64,000 bases of DNA from an uncultured Candidatus Berkelbacteria bacterium (GCA_903851235.1 CAINNR010000032.1:25-64024), one strand, 5' to 3'. Positions 20,416 through 30,694 are shown, numbered from the stretch's first letter. Numbers and translations are program-made. The notes: generated by a model from the letters alone, not told the origin.

Positions 20416-20826
20416 ATGGATTTTATTAGCAATTCTCCTGCGGAAACGGAGAAGCTGGCCAAAAAGTTTATCAAAAATTTTCCCGACACAGTTTTAGTTG
20501 GGCTTTCTGGTGATCTCGGCTCCGGCAAGACTGCTTTTGTTAAAGGTTTGTCTAAAGCTTTGGGAATCAAAAAAAATGTTACAAGTCCGACTTTTGTTAT
20601 TGAGAAGATTTATCAGGGCAAAAGTCGTCAGCTAATCCATATCGATGCTTATCGCTTATCAACAGAAAGCGATTTGCAAACTATCGGTTTTTATGAGTTT
20701 ATTCATAACCCCAAAAACATCATTGTCATCGAGTGGCCGGAGAAAGTTTTCAGCAAAATCCCAGAAAGAATGAGGATAATTAAATTTAGTTATGTTGACG
20801 AAAACAAACGAAAAATCAACTGGTAA
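20416..20826 (+). CDS. tsaE: tRNA t6A biosynthesis ATPase TsaE
   Basis: GDLGSGKT, VTSPTF, HIDAYR, IEW. Confidence 0.95.
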   Translation: MDFISNSPAETEKLAKKFIKNFPDTVLVGLSGDLGSGKTAFVKGLSKALGIKKNVTSPTFVIEKIYQGKSRQLIHIDAYRLSTESDLQTIGFYEFIHNPKNIIVIEWPEKVFSKIPERMRIIKFSYVDENKRKINW

Positions 20827-21193
20827 TTCGCTATTTATCAATACCGCTGACGAACAAACAAGGGTCGTCATTTTTTCAGATGGAAAAGCAATCGCCGAAA
20901 AATCTTGGAACGGTCGTTTTGAGCTTTCTGACAGACTTTTAATTGAAATCAATCAATTGGTCAAAAAAAATACTATCGAAATTGATTCGATCAGAGTTTT
21001 CCCCGGCCCCGGATCTTACACTGGTTTGCGGATTGGGGTTACTGTGGCGAATTTTCTTGCCTGGTCTTACCGGGTTCCAATTTTCCCGGCCGATGACAGT
21101 GGTAATATCACCAGTAAACAAAAAGATTTTATTTTGCCGATTTATTTAAACGACGCTCAGATCACTAAGTCAAGATCGAAAATTAAAATATAG
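20792..21193 (+). CDS. tsaB: tRNA t6A biosynthesis protein TsaB (short form)
   Basis: GPGSYTGLRIG motif; overlaps tsaE. Confidence 0.88.
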   Translation: MLTKTNEKSTGNSLFINTADEQTRVVIFSDGKAIAEKSWNGRFELSDRLLIEINQLVKKNTIEIDSIRVFPGPGSYTGLRIGVTVANFLAWSYRVPIFPADDSGNITSKQKDFILPIYLNDAQITKSRSKIKI

Positions 21194-21255
21194 TACTGGA
21201 CATCTTATTTCGATCTTTGATACAATACAACCACGAAGGATAATTTATTTTTTTT

Positions 21256-22611
21256 ATGTCAAAAATACTTCTCGAAAACCCGGGACAAAAACCAAAACAA
21301 AAATTCAAAAAGAAACTTTGGATTTGGTTTTCGATAATTTTGGTTATCATTTTGGCGATTGTCGGCGGATATTACTACTACGGTGATAAAATTTTTACCA
21401 AAAATTCAACTGCCGGTTCGCCAATTTTGAAAAAAGCTGCTGATGGCAACAGCATTTCACTTTCGCAGGAGGATGATTCGCGAATTAACATTTTGTTCTT
21501 GGGCTACCAGGGTGCCGGTTCACAGGGCGCGTTTTTAACCGACACGATTCAGGTCGCTTCGATCGATCCGATCAACAAAACCTACACCATGATTTCAATT
21601 CCCCGCGATTTGTATGTTAAAATCTCCTCGCCTTCGTACGCTGGAAAAATCAATGGTGTTTATGAACAGGGTGCGCCGATCGGTAACTCGAAATATGATG
21701 GAGCGGCGTTAATCAAGCAGGAAGTCGGAACAATTATCGATGTCCCGATTCACTACTACGTCGGTGTCAGTTTAAATGGTTTTGTTCAAGAGGTTAACAA
21801 CATTGGCGGACTTGATCTTAACGTTGCCAAGCGGTTGGTAGATTACAATTATCCGGCAACGATGTATGACACCGGTCCGGTAAAAACCGTTACTTTCAGC
21901 GCCGGTATGCAACACATGGATGGAGCGACGGCTTTGGAATATGCTCGCAGTCGCGAATCAACCTCGGACTTTGACCGTTCCGGCCGCCAGCAAATTGTGA
22001 TTTCCGCCTTTGTCAAAAAATTATTGTCACTTGGGACTCTGAGTAACCCAGCTAAAATCGCCGGATTGGTTAATATTGCCAGTTCGAGCATTAAAACCGA
22101 TCTTAGCTTATCGGAAATTGACGATGTTGCGACAATTATCAAACAAATCGATACAACAAAAACCACCGACGCCGTAATCGACAATTCGGCAACTGGTCCG
22201 CTTTACGGCGCAACGATTGATGGTCAAGATTGTTTGACGGCAAAAGGTGGCAATTGGACCCAAGTTCAGGAGTTTGCCCATCAATATCTACCAGATCCGT
22301 TTATCACCAAAGAAGCGGCACAAATCGAACTTAAAAACGCTGCCGGCAAAACCGTCAGTGGTAACAATGTTTCAAAATTCTTAAAAAGTTATGGCTACAA
22401 CATCATTGACACAGTAGTTGCACCGGAAACACAAACAAAAACTATCATCTATGATTACTCTGGTGGCAAAAAAAAATATACTTTGCAATTCCTGGCAAGT
22501 CGTCTGAACGCCAAGGTTATCGGCAAATCAAAGCCGGCGGGATCAACTCTTGACCTTGAGATAATTATCGGGCAAGATAAAAAAGATGCCTATGCGAACA
22601 CTTCGAACTAA
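21256..22611 (+). CDS. LytR-CpsA-Psr (LCP) family protein with C-terminal LytR_C domain
   Basis: N-terminal TM, TDTI, SIPRD, YARSR, SDFDRSGRQQ, IIIGQD. Confidence 0.92.
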   Translation: MSKILLENPGQKPKQKFKKKLWIWFSIILVIILAIVGGYYYYGDKIFTKNSTAGSPILKKAADGNSISLSQEDDSRINILFLGYQGAGSQGAFLTDTIQVASIDPINKTYTMISIPRDLYVKISSPSYAGKINGVYEQGAPIGNSKYDGAALIKQEVGTIIDVPIHYYVGVSLNGFVQEVNNIGGLDLNVAKRLVDYNYPATMYDTGPVKTVTFSAGMQHMDGATALEYARSRESTSDFDRSGRQQIVISAFVKKLLSLGTLSNPAKIAGLVNIASSSIKTDLSLSEIDDVATIIKQIDTTKTTDAVIDNSATGPLYGATIDGQDCLTAKGGNWTQVQEFAHQYLPDPFITKEAAQIELKNAAGKTVSGNNVSKFLKSYGYNIIDTVVAPETQTKTIIYDYSGGKKKYTLQFLASRLNAKVIGKSKPAGSTLDLEIIIGQDKKDAYANTSN

Positions 22612-23161
22612 CAACTTGTATTCTTCAATTGTTTTGGTTTTTTTAATTTTATGGGGCACGGCCTCATTTTTTGTTTTTTCAACTTTTTTGAATCTCGGCT
22701 GGGTATTGTTGGCGGTCGGGCTAATTGCAGCCTATTGTGCTGTTACAGAACAAGCCGGATATTTTGTCCTTATTTTGATTACTTTTTATAACTCATATTT
22801 TCTTTATGGGCTGCAATCTGCGACCGAGCTCCCTCTTTGGCTCTTGCTTCTAATTTTGGCCTCTGTCTTGGGATTTACTTTTTTTCTGCTTAAGCAACAG
22901 TTTGTTTCTGACAACGAAAACTCTTTTCTAGTATTGATTTTCTTTCTAATTTCGATGATGGAAATTTATCTATCTCTAAGCTATTGGTTAATAAATCCAC
23001 TAACAAAAAGTTTAATAATGGGAGTTTTTTCCTACCTTTTTGCTGGTTACTTGGCCAATACTCACTCCGACGGTGTTGTCGATAAGAAATTCTATCGATA
23101 CATTTATTTAGCAATTATTGTTCTGGCAGCCTTATTTTTTACCGTCTCCTGGGGACAGTAA
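22586..23161 (+). CDS. Multi-pass membrane protein
   Basis: About 6 hydrophobic segments. Confidence 0.7.
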   Translation: MPMRTLRTNNLYSSIVLVFLILWGTASFFVFSTFLNLGWVLLAVGLIAAYCAVTEQAGYFVLILITFYNSYFLYGLQSATELPLWLLLLILASVLGFTFFLLKQQFVSDNENSFLVLIFFLISMMEIYLSLSYWLINPLTKSLIMGVFSYLFAGYLANTHSDGVVDKKFYRYIYLAIIVLAALFFTVSWGQ

Positions 23162-23240
23162 TCTGATACTTTCTTATCTCCTGTTTGTTTGGGTTGCATT
23201 TCTACATCTTTTTAGATAAGATTTATATGAGGAAAAAAAT

Positions 23241-24278
23241 ATGGAAAAAATCAAAAAAATGTTTCTAATGGTTTGGAAGTTTTTCATTAAAATCGGTTTT
23301 AGTATTTGGAAGTTTTGTCTGAAAGTCGTTGATGTAATTAAAAAAATCAGAAATGGTCAGGCGTTGGAACTCCACCCTTTGGTTGGTATCTGGGCAAACA
23401 GAGTTTTTTATGCAATTTTTGTTTTATCACTTCTTGTTTTCGCTTTTGGAACTGCGATTGGAATTGGAATTTATAAATACAAAACAAACGATCAGGTTAC
23501 TAGGATAGTGGCAAAAGTCATTCCCTATCCGGCAGCGATTGTTCAGGGCAGAATTGTCACCATGGATAGTTACTATAAGAATTATCAGTATATCAGTAAA
23601 TTTTACTCATCAACCCAGCAAACCGGTGTTGATTACGGCACGGTAAAATCGCAAATAATGGATCAATTGGTTGATAATGAAATAATGGAAAGCCAAGCAA
23701 AAAAATTTGGCGTAACTGTGTCTAACGCCGATATCACCAACGCTTATAGTGATGTTGTGGCGCAAAACGGCGGAGAAGATGAGGTGAAGAAGGTTCTAAA
23801 TGATCTATATGGCTTAAATGTTGCCGATTTCAAGCAGTTAATCGCCGATCAGATTTTGCAACAGAAGTTGCAAGATGCAGTGCCGGTCCAAATTGATGCC
23901 AGCCACATTCTAATTCGAGTCGATCAAAATGCCGATGCGCCAACGGTTGCGGCGGCGAAAGCGAAAATCGATAAAGTTGCCGCCGATCTTAAGGCTGGAG
24001 CTAACTTTGCTGCCGAAGCTAAACAGTATAGCGAAGACACCGGTTCGGCGACTTCGGGTGGTGAGCTGGGATACTTTTCTCGCGGCCAAATGGATAGTGA
24101 TTTTGAAAAGGTTGCATTTACAACTCCCGTCGGACAAATTTCCGCGCCATTTCGGACACAATTCGGTTGGCATATACTAAAGGTCAATGCCAAAAAGGGT
24201 CAAGTTGACGCCAGTTTCACTGATTGGTTGGCTGGCCTGCGCAAAGACAGTCTGATCATCCGAATGTTCAAATCATAA
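23241..24278 (+). CDS. PrsA/SurA-type parvulin peptidyl-prolyl isomerase
   Basis: SurA-N-like region, ASHILI, AKQYSED, GGELGYF, FGWHIL. Confidence 0.9.
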   Translation: MEKIKKMFLMVWKFFIKIGFSIWKFCLKVVDVIKKIRNGQALELHPLVGIWANRVFYAIFVLSLLVFAFGTAIGIGIYKYKTNDQVTRIVAKVIPYPAAIVQGRIVTMDSYYKNYQYISKFYSSTQQTGVDYGTVKSQIMDQLVDNEIMESQAKKFGVTVSNADITNAYSDVVAQNGGEDEVKKVLNDLYGLNVADFKQLIADQILQQKLQDAVPVQIDASHILIRVDQNADAPTVAAAKAKIDKVAADLKAGANFAAEAKQYSEDTGSATSGGELGYFSRGQMDSDFEKVAFTTPVGQISAPFRTQFGWHILKVNAKKGQVDASFTDWLAGLRKDSLIIRMFKS

Positions 24279-24402
24279 TTTCCATATCAAATAGTTTTTT
24301 AAAAAAAACGGTGGCAATCATCTTCCCGCCGTTTTTTTCTTTATTTGATTGCAGCAAGTAATTATGATATATATTATTTAGCAAACAACTCCTCTGAAAG
24401 AG

Positions 24403-24765
24403 GTGCTGACGATGCAAAAAGGACCACTGATTGTTATTGCTATTATGTTTTTTTGGCTGAGTTGTGCGTTGGCGGTGGACCATTTTGTTAGAGTTCCGGG
24501 GTTTGATCCCGCGACGCGTTATTGGTTGGGGCTGATTACTGTAATAATCCAGCCGGTAATTGGTTTGATCGCTTTGGTAATCGGAGTGTTACAAGAGAAT
24601 GGGGAATATGCAGAAGTTGTTTCATGGACGATTCCAAGTTGCTTTTTAGTTGGATTATTCTTGACACCGTCAGCGCTAGATGTCAGGTTTGTCGAATTAC
24701 TTGTTGTCTACGCATCAGTTATCGCATTAGGATCATATCTGGCAAGACGTAAAACTGGCAGGTAA
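24403..24765 (+). CDS. Hypothetical membrane protein
   Basis: 4 hydrophobic segments, GAGGTG SD, downstream hairpin. Confidence 0.6.
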   Translation: MLTMQKGPLIVIAIMFFWLSCALAVDHFVRVPGFDPATRYWLGLITVIIQPVIGLIALVIGVLQENGEYAEVVSWTIPSCFLVGLFLTPSALDVRFVELLVVYASVIALGSYLARRKTGR

Positions 24766-25019
24766 CTGATTGTTCTCTGCCGTAGCCCTGACCTCCTCGC
24801 CCTTTGCCGGGCGAGATTTTTTTATCTGGCTTGGGCTTGCCAACTCTTTTAAAATACATCCGAGAGAAAAAATTATCTCTGGGAAAAGTTTATTGGAAAA
24901 AATCCAAATGAATAAAACCGGGGATAAAAACAGCGGCAAGAAATGCCGCCGATAAAACAGTTGGGACTTAATAAATTGGTCTTGCTTTTTCCCCCATCAT
25001 CAACTATTATATAACAGAA

Positions 25020-25481
25020 ATGAAAAAATCCGAGAATAAGAAATATCAAGAGTTGGAGACGAAAATCGCCGAATTGACTGCCGGCTGGCAGCGAACTCAG
25101 GCCGATTTTTTGAACTTTAAAAAACAAACTGCCGACGAGAGAATTCGATTAATAAAATCTGCCGGCGCCGATTTGGTTGATCAGCTTTTACCGGTTTTGG
25201 ATCACTTTCAATTAGCGGCGAGACATTTGCCCAAAGAGTTGGAAAATGATAACTGGGCAATCGGTATTAAACAAATTGAAAAACAGTTTGAAAATATTTT
25301 GTTCGAAAACGGTTTGGAACGGATTATCTCGATTGACCGGGAATTTGATCCCGAGTTTCATGAGGCGGTGGAGGAAGTTGAGTCAGAAAAACCGTCAGGG
25401 ACTATCGTTGATGAGATTCTTTCCGGTTATAAATTTTCCGCTGTTGTAATCCGCCCGGCTAAAGTCAAAGTTGCAAAATAA
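25020..25481 (+). CDS. grpE: Nucleotide exchange factor GrpE
   Basis: QADFLNFKK, LLPVLD, FDPEFHEA, IRPAKVKV. Confidence 0.95.
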   Translation: MKKSENKKYQELETKIAELTAGWQRTQADFLNFKKQTADERIRLIKSAGADLVDQLLPVLDHFQLAARHLPKELENDNWAIGIKQIEKQFENILFENGLERIISIDREFDPEFHEAVEEVESEKPSGTIVDEILSGYKFSAVVIRPAKVKVAK

Positions 25482-25599
25482 CAATTTAGTTAATCTCTTC
25501 AAATATTTTCATTGCAAATAAAAAATAGCGGATTACGGTTGCTGCCATGTTTTGGATTGATGGTGGGGCAGTTATTAAATTCTAATTTTGAATAAAGAA

Positions 25600-25628
25600 A
25601 AAAAATCGGCTCTGACGGCCGATTTTTT
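25600..25628. terminator. Bidirectional terminator between grpE and ppdK
   Basis: aaaaaatcggc-tctgacg-gccgattttt. Confidence 0.75.
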
Positions 25629-25659
25629 CTTATTAACATCATTATTTAAACAAATCATT

Positions 25660-28317
25660 TTATTTCGAAGTATATTCTTTACTATCCCGCTCCTCAATCA
25701 CCGCTTGGGCAGCGGCCAGGCAAGCGATCGGTACTCTAAATGGTGAGCAGGAAACATAATCCATTCCGGCTCGGTGGCAGAATTTGACCGAGTCCGGATC
25801 GCCACCATGTTCGCCGCAAATACCGATTTTCAATTTCGCTTTTACCGATCGACCCTTTTTAATACCGATTTTCACCAATTGACCGACGCCGTCTTGATCC
25901 AAAGTTTGGAACGGATCGGAGGCGAAGATTCTTTTCTCCAAGTAGACTTTGATAAATTTGCCGGCGTCGTCACGGGAGAAACCCATAGTCATTTGGGTCA
26001 GATCATTGGTACCAAAGGAGAAGAACTCGGCGGCTTCGGCGATCTTGTCGGCGGTAATTGCTGCTCGTGGCACTTCAATCATCGTACCAACCAGATATTT
26101 AATTTTTAGGCCGTAAGCTTTCATTGTCTCGTTGGCGACTCGGTCAATTATTTCACGCTGATCACGAAATTCGGCAACATCGCCAACCAATGGCACCATA
26201 ATCTCCGGCACGATTTTAATACCCTTCTTCTTCGCCAGTTCACAAGCGGCGGAAATTATTGCCTTTGTTTGCATTTCGGTTATTTCAGGATAAGTGATTC
26301 CCAGACGGCAACCGCGATGGCCGAGCATCGGATTAAATTCGTGCAAATCTTCGGTTTTCTGCCAGATGGTTTTGGCATCAATACCAATTTTCTGTGACAG
26401 CTCCTTGGCTTCTTCTTTGGTTTTTGGCAAAAATTCATGAAGCGGTGGATCAAGCAGACGAACGGTGACGGCGAAACCTTTCATTTCTTCAAATAATCCG
26501 AGAAAATCGGCTTTCTGAAACGGCAAAAGTTTTTCCAGCGCCGCTTGGCGATCAGCAAGGTCCTCAACCAAAATCATCTTTTGCATCAATGGTAATCTGG
26601 CGGCGTCAAAGAACATGTGCTCGGTGCGACAAAGTCCGATTCCTTCAGCGCCGAATTCGGCGGCAGTTTTAGCGTCGCGCGGAATGTCGGCGTTGGAGCG
26701 GACTCTAAGGCGTCGTGTCTTGTTGACCCAGCCCATCAAAGTGCCAAAATCTCCGGAGAGTTTGGCTTCAATCGTTGGAACTTGACCCAAAATGACTTCA
26801 CCGGTCGAGCCGTTGATTGAAATCCAATCACCGGCTTTGACGGTTTTGCCAGCGACAACCATTTTGCCGTTTTTTTCGTCAACCTTAATGTCTTCGCAGC
26901 CGGCGACGCAACACTTGCCCATGCCGCGAGCGACAACGGCGGCGTGCGAGGTCATCCCACCCCTGCCGGTCAGTATTCCTTGGGCAACTTCCATGCCGGA
27001 AATGTCGTCCGGACAGGTTTCGGTCCGGACCAAAATCAGTTTTTCCTTTTCCTTTTTGACCGCGTCTTCGGAGCTAAAAACTACTCGACCGACAGCGGCA
27101 CCGGGAGAAGCCGGCAGTCCGCTGGCAACAACGTCATATTTTACCTTGGCGTCGAAAACCGGATGCAATAGTTGATTCAAACTTTCTGCTTCAACGCGCA
27201 TGATTGCCTGATCAATCGTAATCATCTTTTCGCCTACCATATCAACGGCGATTTTAACCGCCGCCTCGGCCGTTCGCTTGCCGGTTCGGGTTTGTAACAT
27301 ATATAATTTGCCCTGCTCGATGGTAAATTCAAAATCCTGAATATCTTTGTAGTGTTGCTCCAAATTATCAGTGATTGATTTTAATTCGGCGAAAGCTTTC
27401 GGCAGGTCTTTTTTCAACTCCAAAATCGGTTTCGGCGTTCGAATTCCGGCAACGACATCTTCGCCTTGAGCGTTGGTCAAATATTCACCGTAAAATTCCC
27501 TGGCTCCGGTTGATGGATTTCTGGTAAAGCCGACACCGGTGGCGCAATCATTGCCCATATTGCCAAAAACCATCGCTTGAACATTTACCGCCGTTCCCAG
27601 ATCATCGGCAATCTTATTCATCCGTCGATAGGTGAAAGCTCGCGGATTATTCCAGCTTTTAAACACTGCATCCCTTGCCATATCCAATTGGACCCCAGGG
27701 TCTGTTGGGAATTCACGGCCGGTACGCTTTTTAACTAGCTCTTTGTACCTGCGAATTACGATATCCAAGTCATCTTCGCGAAGCTCGGTATCCAATTTAA
27801 TTTTCGCGCTGTCTTTTACATGATCCAAAATTTCCTCAAACAAAGCTTTTTCAACTTCTAAAACAACGTCGGAGAACATTTGAATAAATCGGCGATAAGC
27901 GTCCAGGGCGAAACGACGATTTCCGGATTTTTCCGCCAATGCCCTGACTGTTTCCTCATTTAATCCCAAGTTCAAAATTGTGTCCATCATTCCCGGCATC
28001 GAAAATTTTGCCCCGGAACGAACTGAAACCAAAAGCGGATTTTCCGCATCGCCGAACTTCTTATCGACAGCTTTTTCCATTTTAGCAATCGCCTTTTTGT
28101 ATTCGCTGTCAAAACCTGTTGGCATTTTGCCCTTGTTATCGGAGAAATAATTGCAAACTTTAGTCGTGATTGTAAAACCCGGAGGAACCGGAACGCCTAA
28201 ATTATCCATCTCCGCTAAGTTAGCACCCTTGCCACCCAGAAGATCCTTCATTTTGCCGTTTCCCTCGGCTTTTTTGCCACCGAAAGAGTAAACCATTTTT
28301 TTTCTATCCGTTGCCAT
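25660..28317 (-). CDS. ppdK: Pyruvate, phosphate dikinase
   Basis: GGKGANLAEM, SMPGMMDT, GGMTSHAAVVARG, GTNDLTQ, CGEHGG; start at MATDRKK after an AGGAG SD. Confidence 0.98.
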   Translation of the reverse strand: MATDRKKMVYSFGGKKAEGNGKMKDLLGGKGANLAEMDNLGVPVPPGFTITTKVCNYFSDNKGKMPTGFDSEYKKAIAKMEKAVDKKFGDAENPLLVSVRSGAKFSMPGMMDTILNLGLNEETVRALAEKSGNRRFALDAYRRFIQMFSDVVLEVEKALFEEILDHVKDSAKIKLDTELREDDLDIVIRRYKELVKKRTGREFPTDPGVQLDMARDAVFKSWNNPRAFTYRRMNKIADDLGTAVNVQAMVFGNMGNDCATGVGFTRNPSTGAREFYGEYLTNAQGEDVVAGIRTPKPILELKKDLPKAFAELKSITDNLEQHYKDIQDFEFTIEQGKLYMLQTRTGKRTAEAAVKIAVDMVGEKMITIDQAIMRVEAESLNQLLHPVFDAKVKYDVVASGLPASPGAAVGRVVFSSEDAVKKEKEKLILVRTETCPDDISGMEVAQGILTGRGGMTSHAAVVARGMGKCCVAGCEDIKVDEKNGKMVVAGKTVKAGDWISINGSTGEVILGQVPTIEAKLSGDFGTLMGWVNKTRRLRVRSNADIPRDAKTAAEFGAEGIGLCRTEHMFFDAARLPLMQKMILVEDLADRQAALEKLLPFQKADFLGLFEEMKGFAVTVRLLDPPLHEFLPKTKEEAKELSQKIGIDAKTIWQKTEDLHEFNPMLGHRGCRLGITYPEITEMQTKAIISAACELAKKKGIKIVPEIMVPLVGDVAEFRDQREIIDRVANETMKAYGLKIKYLVGTMIEVPRAAITADKIAEAAEFFSFGTNDLTQMTMGFSRDDAGKFIKVYLEKRIFASDPFQTLDQDGVGQLVKIGIKKGRSVKAKLKIGICGEHGGDPDSVKFCHRAGMDYVSCSPFRVPIACLAAAQAVIEERDSKEYTSK

Positions 28318-28499
28318 TTTTCTCCTATAAAATAAAAATCCCAATTTTCAAGGTTCAATTTTCAGGAAGTTCCCAATGATTAAATTGCTAAAGACAAAAA
28401 ATTGAAGATTTTAAATTGAAAATTTGTTGATTAATTATTTCCAATTTAGCAAAAAATTTGATATAAATCAAATAAGACCAATACCTAGGGGGCAATTAG

Positions 28500-28697
28500 A
28501 TGATAAAGGCAAGCGTTCGCAGGATGATATTAAGGGCGATAAGGGCGACAACGCCAGCTGTTTGTTCATCAGCCGTGACAACTCGAAGTTTCCCAGCTTC
28601 CGATTTGAAAACACTGCCACTAAGTCCGCGGTTGGTTGTTGATGCAAGAGTTGCATTCTCAACGAAATCAGGACAGAACACTGAGGTCGCAACGTAG
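28500..28697 (+). CDS. Possible small protein (65 aa)
   Basis: AGGGGG SD-like sequence upstream; terminator tgaggtcgc..gcggcctca-T8 overlaps the stop. Confidence 0.35.
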   Translation: MIKASVRRMILRAIRATTPAVCSSAVTTRSFPASDLKTLPLSPRLVVDARVAFSTKSGQNTEVAT

Positions 28698-28772
28698 CGG
28701 CCTCATTTTTTTTCCAAAAAAACCCTTGACAAGGATAAAAGTATTTGCTATGATTTATTTTGTCGTTTTTAA

Positions 28773-28960
28773 ACGGGAAGGTTGCCAGCGTTTCCTCGGT
28801 AGTGGCTAGACCTCTGGCTACTTGTGACTCTCTTGATTGGGGCAAAGAGTGTCGCCTGCTGTTCCCACCGAGATGTACCTGGCAACTTTCCCGTCCAGCC
28901 AGCTTTGCGTCGCGACCTGCGATCTCTCCCCCCCCCACAGGGGTCGCAGTGTCGCGACGC
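28773..28960 (+). ncRNA. Candidate structured RNA in the leader of tRNA-Lys(CTT)
   Basis: Promoter TTGACA..TGcTATGAT at ~28726-28754; 16-bp closing stem acgggaaggttgccag/ctggcaactttcccgt enclosing a branched structure; second hairpin 28907-28960. Confidence 0.5.
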
Positions 28961-28974
28961 TTGATCTGTCAGTT

Positions 28975-29050
28975 GAACTCGTAGCTCAGATGGTAGAGCA
29001 GGGGATTCTTAATCCCAAGGTCGAGGGTTCGACCCCCTCCGAGTTTGCCA
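28975..29050 (+). tRNA. tRNA-Lys(CTT)
   Basis: Cloverleaf GAACTCG..GGGGA-TT-CTT-AA-TCCCA..GTTCGACC..CGAGTTT-G-CCA. Confidence 0.93.
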
Positions 29051-29255
29051 TCTTAGGGGCAGCCATACATGGTTTGCCCTTTTTTATAACAAGAAAAACC
29101 CATGTCCGTGGGAATGGGGTAAATGATATAGATGCGGCGTAGGCGTAAGTCCGGTTTATCTTATTGCAATAATTTTCCTCAAAACGGAAAATTTCCATTG
29201 CCATATTGACAAATTAATAGTAATTTGCTATACTGTCTTGACAGTGAATGGTGGT

Positions 29256-29340
29256 GCCGGAGTGGCGGAATGGCAGACGCAGGGGACTTAAAATCCCCCG
29301 TCCTCTGGGCGTGAGGGTTCGAGTCCCTCCTCCGGTACCA
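29256..29340 (+). tRNA. tRNA-Leu(TAA)
   Basis: Cloverleaf with long variable arm, CT-TAA-AA loop, encoded CCA. Confidence 0.95.
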
Positions 29341-29350
29341 ACTTCGTGGT

Positions 29351-29426
29351 GCGCCTGTAGCTCAGCTGGTAGAGCAGCGGACTTTTAATCCGTTGGTCGC
29401 TGGTTCGAATCCAGCCAGGTGCACCA
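29351..29426 (+). tRNA. tRNA-Lys(TTT)
   Basis: GCGCCTG..GCGGA-CT-TTT-AA-TCCGT..GTTCGAAT..CAGGTGC-A-CCA. Confidence 0.95.
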
Positions 29427-29430
29427 AAGC

Positions 29431-29506
29431 GTGCTTGTAGCTCAGTGGATAGAGCAGCGGCCTTCTAAGCCGTTGGTCGGCGGTTCGAATCCGCCCGAGC
29501 ACGCCA
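29431..29506 (+). tRNA. tRNA-Arg(TCT)
   Basis: GTGCTTG..GCGGC-CT-TCT-AA-GCCGT..GTTCGAAT..CGAGCAC-G-CCA. Confidence 0.95.
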
Positions 29507-29591
29507 GCACTTATCCTTTTTTCCCAGCCGGACGACCAGAGAGTTGTCCGGTTTTTATTATTGTGCAATAATTATTTTGGAGGTGAACCAA

Positions 29592-29987
29592 GTGGACGAA
29601 CATCCGTGTTACGCTGTAGCTAACGAATGGAGTAGTGCTTGGTTAAATGTTTTTACCGAACAGTTTGAGGAAATTGCAGCGGATATCAAGGGAAGATTCA
29701 GTGTCCGTTATGATGCCAGAATTTGGATGACAACATACGGCAATATCCACGCAGTTAGTTTTGGAGTTAATGTTGAGCGGATTCCAAAAAGCAATTGGTT
29801 TTCCATGCTATGGTCGAGTATAAGCTGTTATGATGTAGAGTTTGTGCGAATTCTACCGCTTTACTCTTCGGATGATTGTTTGACCTTGGCTGTGGTTTGT
29901 AAAAACCCAATAATCTTCGCTTCTATCAGGTCTCACTTCCAAACTCTGGCCGAATCCAAGGGTGTTCGGCTCAACTATCTGTTTTAA
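29592..29987 (+). CDS. Hypothetical protein
   Basis: GGAGGTG SD before GTG 29592; hairpin plus T-tract downstream. Confidence 0.55.
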   Translation: MDEHPCYAVANEWSSAWLNVFTEQFEEIAADIKGRFSVRYDARIWMTTYGNIHAVSFGVNVERIPKSNWFSMLWSSISCYDVEFVRILPLYSSDDCLTLAVVCKNPIIFASIRSHFQTLAESKGVRLNYLF

Positions 29988-30079
29988 TCGATCCGTCAAT
30001 CGCCACTGATTTGCCGGTTTTCTTTTTGTCGAAAATTTGGTACTATAATACATAGTATATATCAGCACTTGTCTGGGAG

Positions 30080-30424
30080 GTGATGGCTGTGAGCAAACTG
30101 CTCGGTCCGGACGATTGTGATTGCCTATGTCAGGGAGATACTCCGATCAAAATGGTTCAGGCTGTAGTCTGTTGTAGACGATGTCAAATTTGTGGAAGAA
30201 ATATCTGCACTGGCGCTTTCACACAGCACAAAGAACAATGCGGCGTATCGTCTGCAGAGAGGGAACAGGTGAATCTTCGTGATCGACGTCATTGCGGTGC
30301 CCATGTTGACGGCTTTGACCCGGATCCGTTGGCATTTTTAGCTGGTGTTAATGTTGATGAGTTGACCGGTAAAAAAGTTCGACTTCTTCGGCGATTAGTC
30401 AGAATTTTATTTGGAGGCAAATGA
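30080..30424 (+). CDS. Hypothetical Cys-rich (possible Zn-binding) protein
   Basis: GGGAGG SD; CDCLC, CCRRCQICG, H..C; terminator downstream. Confidence 0.55.
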   Translation: MMAVSKLLGPDDCDCLCQGDTPIKMVQAVVCCRRCQICGRNICTGAFTQHKEQCGVSSAEREQVNLRDRRHCGAHVDGFDPDPLAFLAGVNVDELTGKKVRLLRRLVRILFGGK

Positions 30425-30530
30425 ATCCGTCCGCAGCCTGATTGGTTGCGGCTTTTTTATCCCAAAATGGAAATTATCCTTTACCAGAATATACATTTTA
30501 CTTACAGATAAGAATTTTGGCAAAAAACTC

Positions 30531-30561
30531 TTGACAAAATGTAAAGTTTCCTTTACATTTT
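30531..30561 (+). promoter_or_regulatory. dnaK promoter overlapped by a perfect 11-bp inverted repeat (candidate operator)
   Basis: TTGACA -35; AAAATGTAAAG-tttc-CTTTACATTTT at 30536-30561. Confidence 0.55.
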
Positions 30562-30694
30562 ATATAGGAGCTGGAAACTATCATCGCTGGGTCACCACAT
30601 TCCGCTTTGATTGTCTGGCTCCAATAAATACTATTTAACAAATAAAAAGTAGCTCCCGAAATAAAATCGGGACGACAAAGAAATAAGGAGAATC

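Noticed and set aside
28608-28640. Twister ribozyme-like AACACTGCCA string
   Set aside because: It lacks the rest of the twister core and the pseudoknot partners.
28760-29568. Track ORFs overlapping the tRNA cluster (28760..28984, 28837..29142, 28986..29204, 29362..29568)
   Set aside because: They overlap clear tRNA genes or structured RNA and have no protein motifs.
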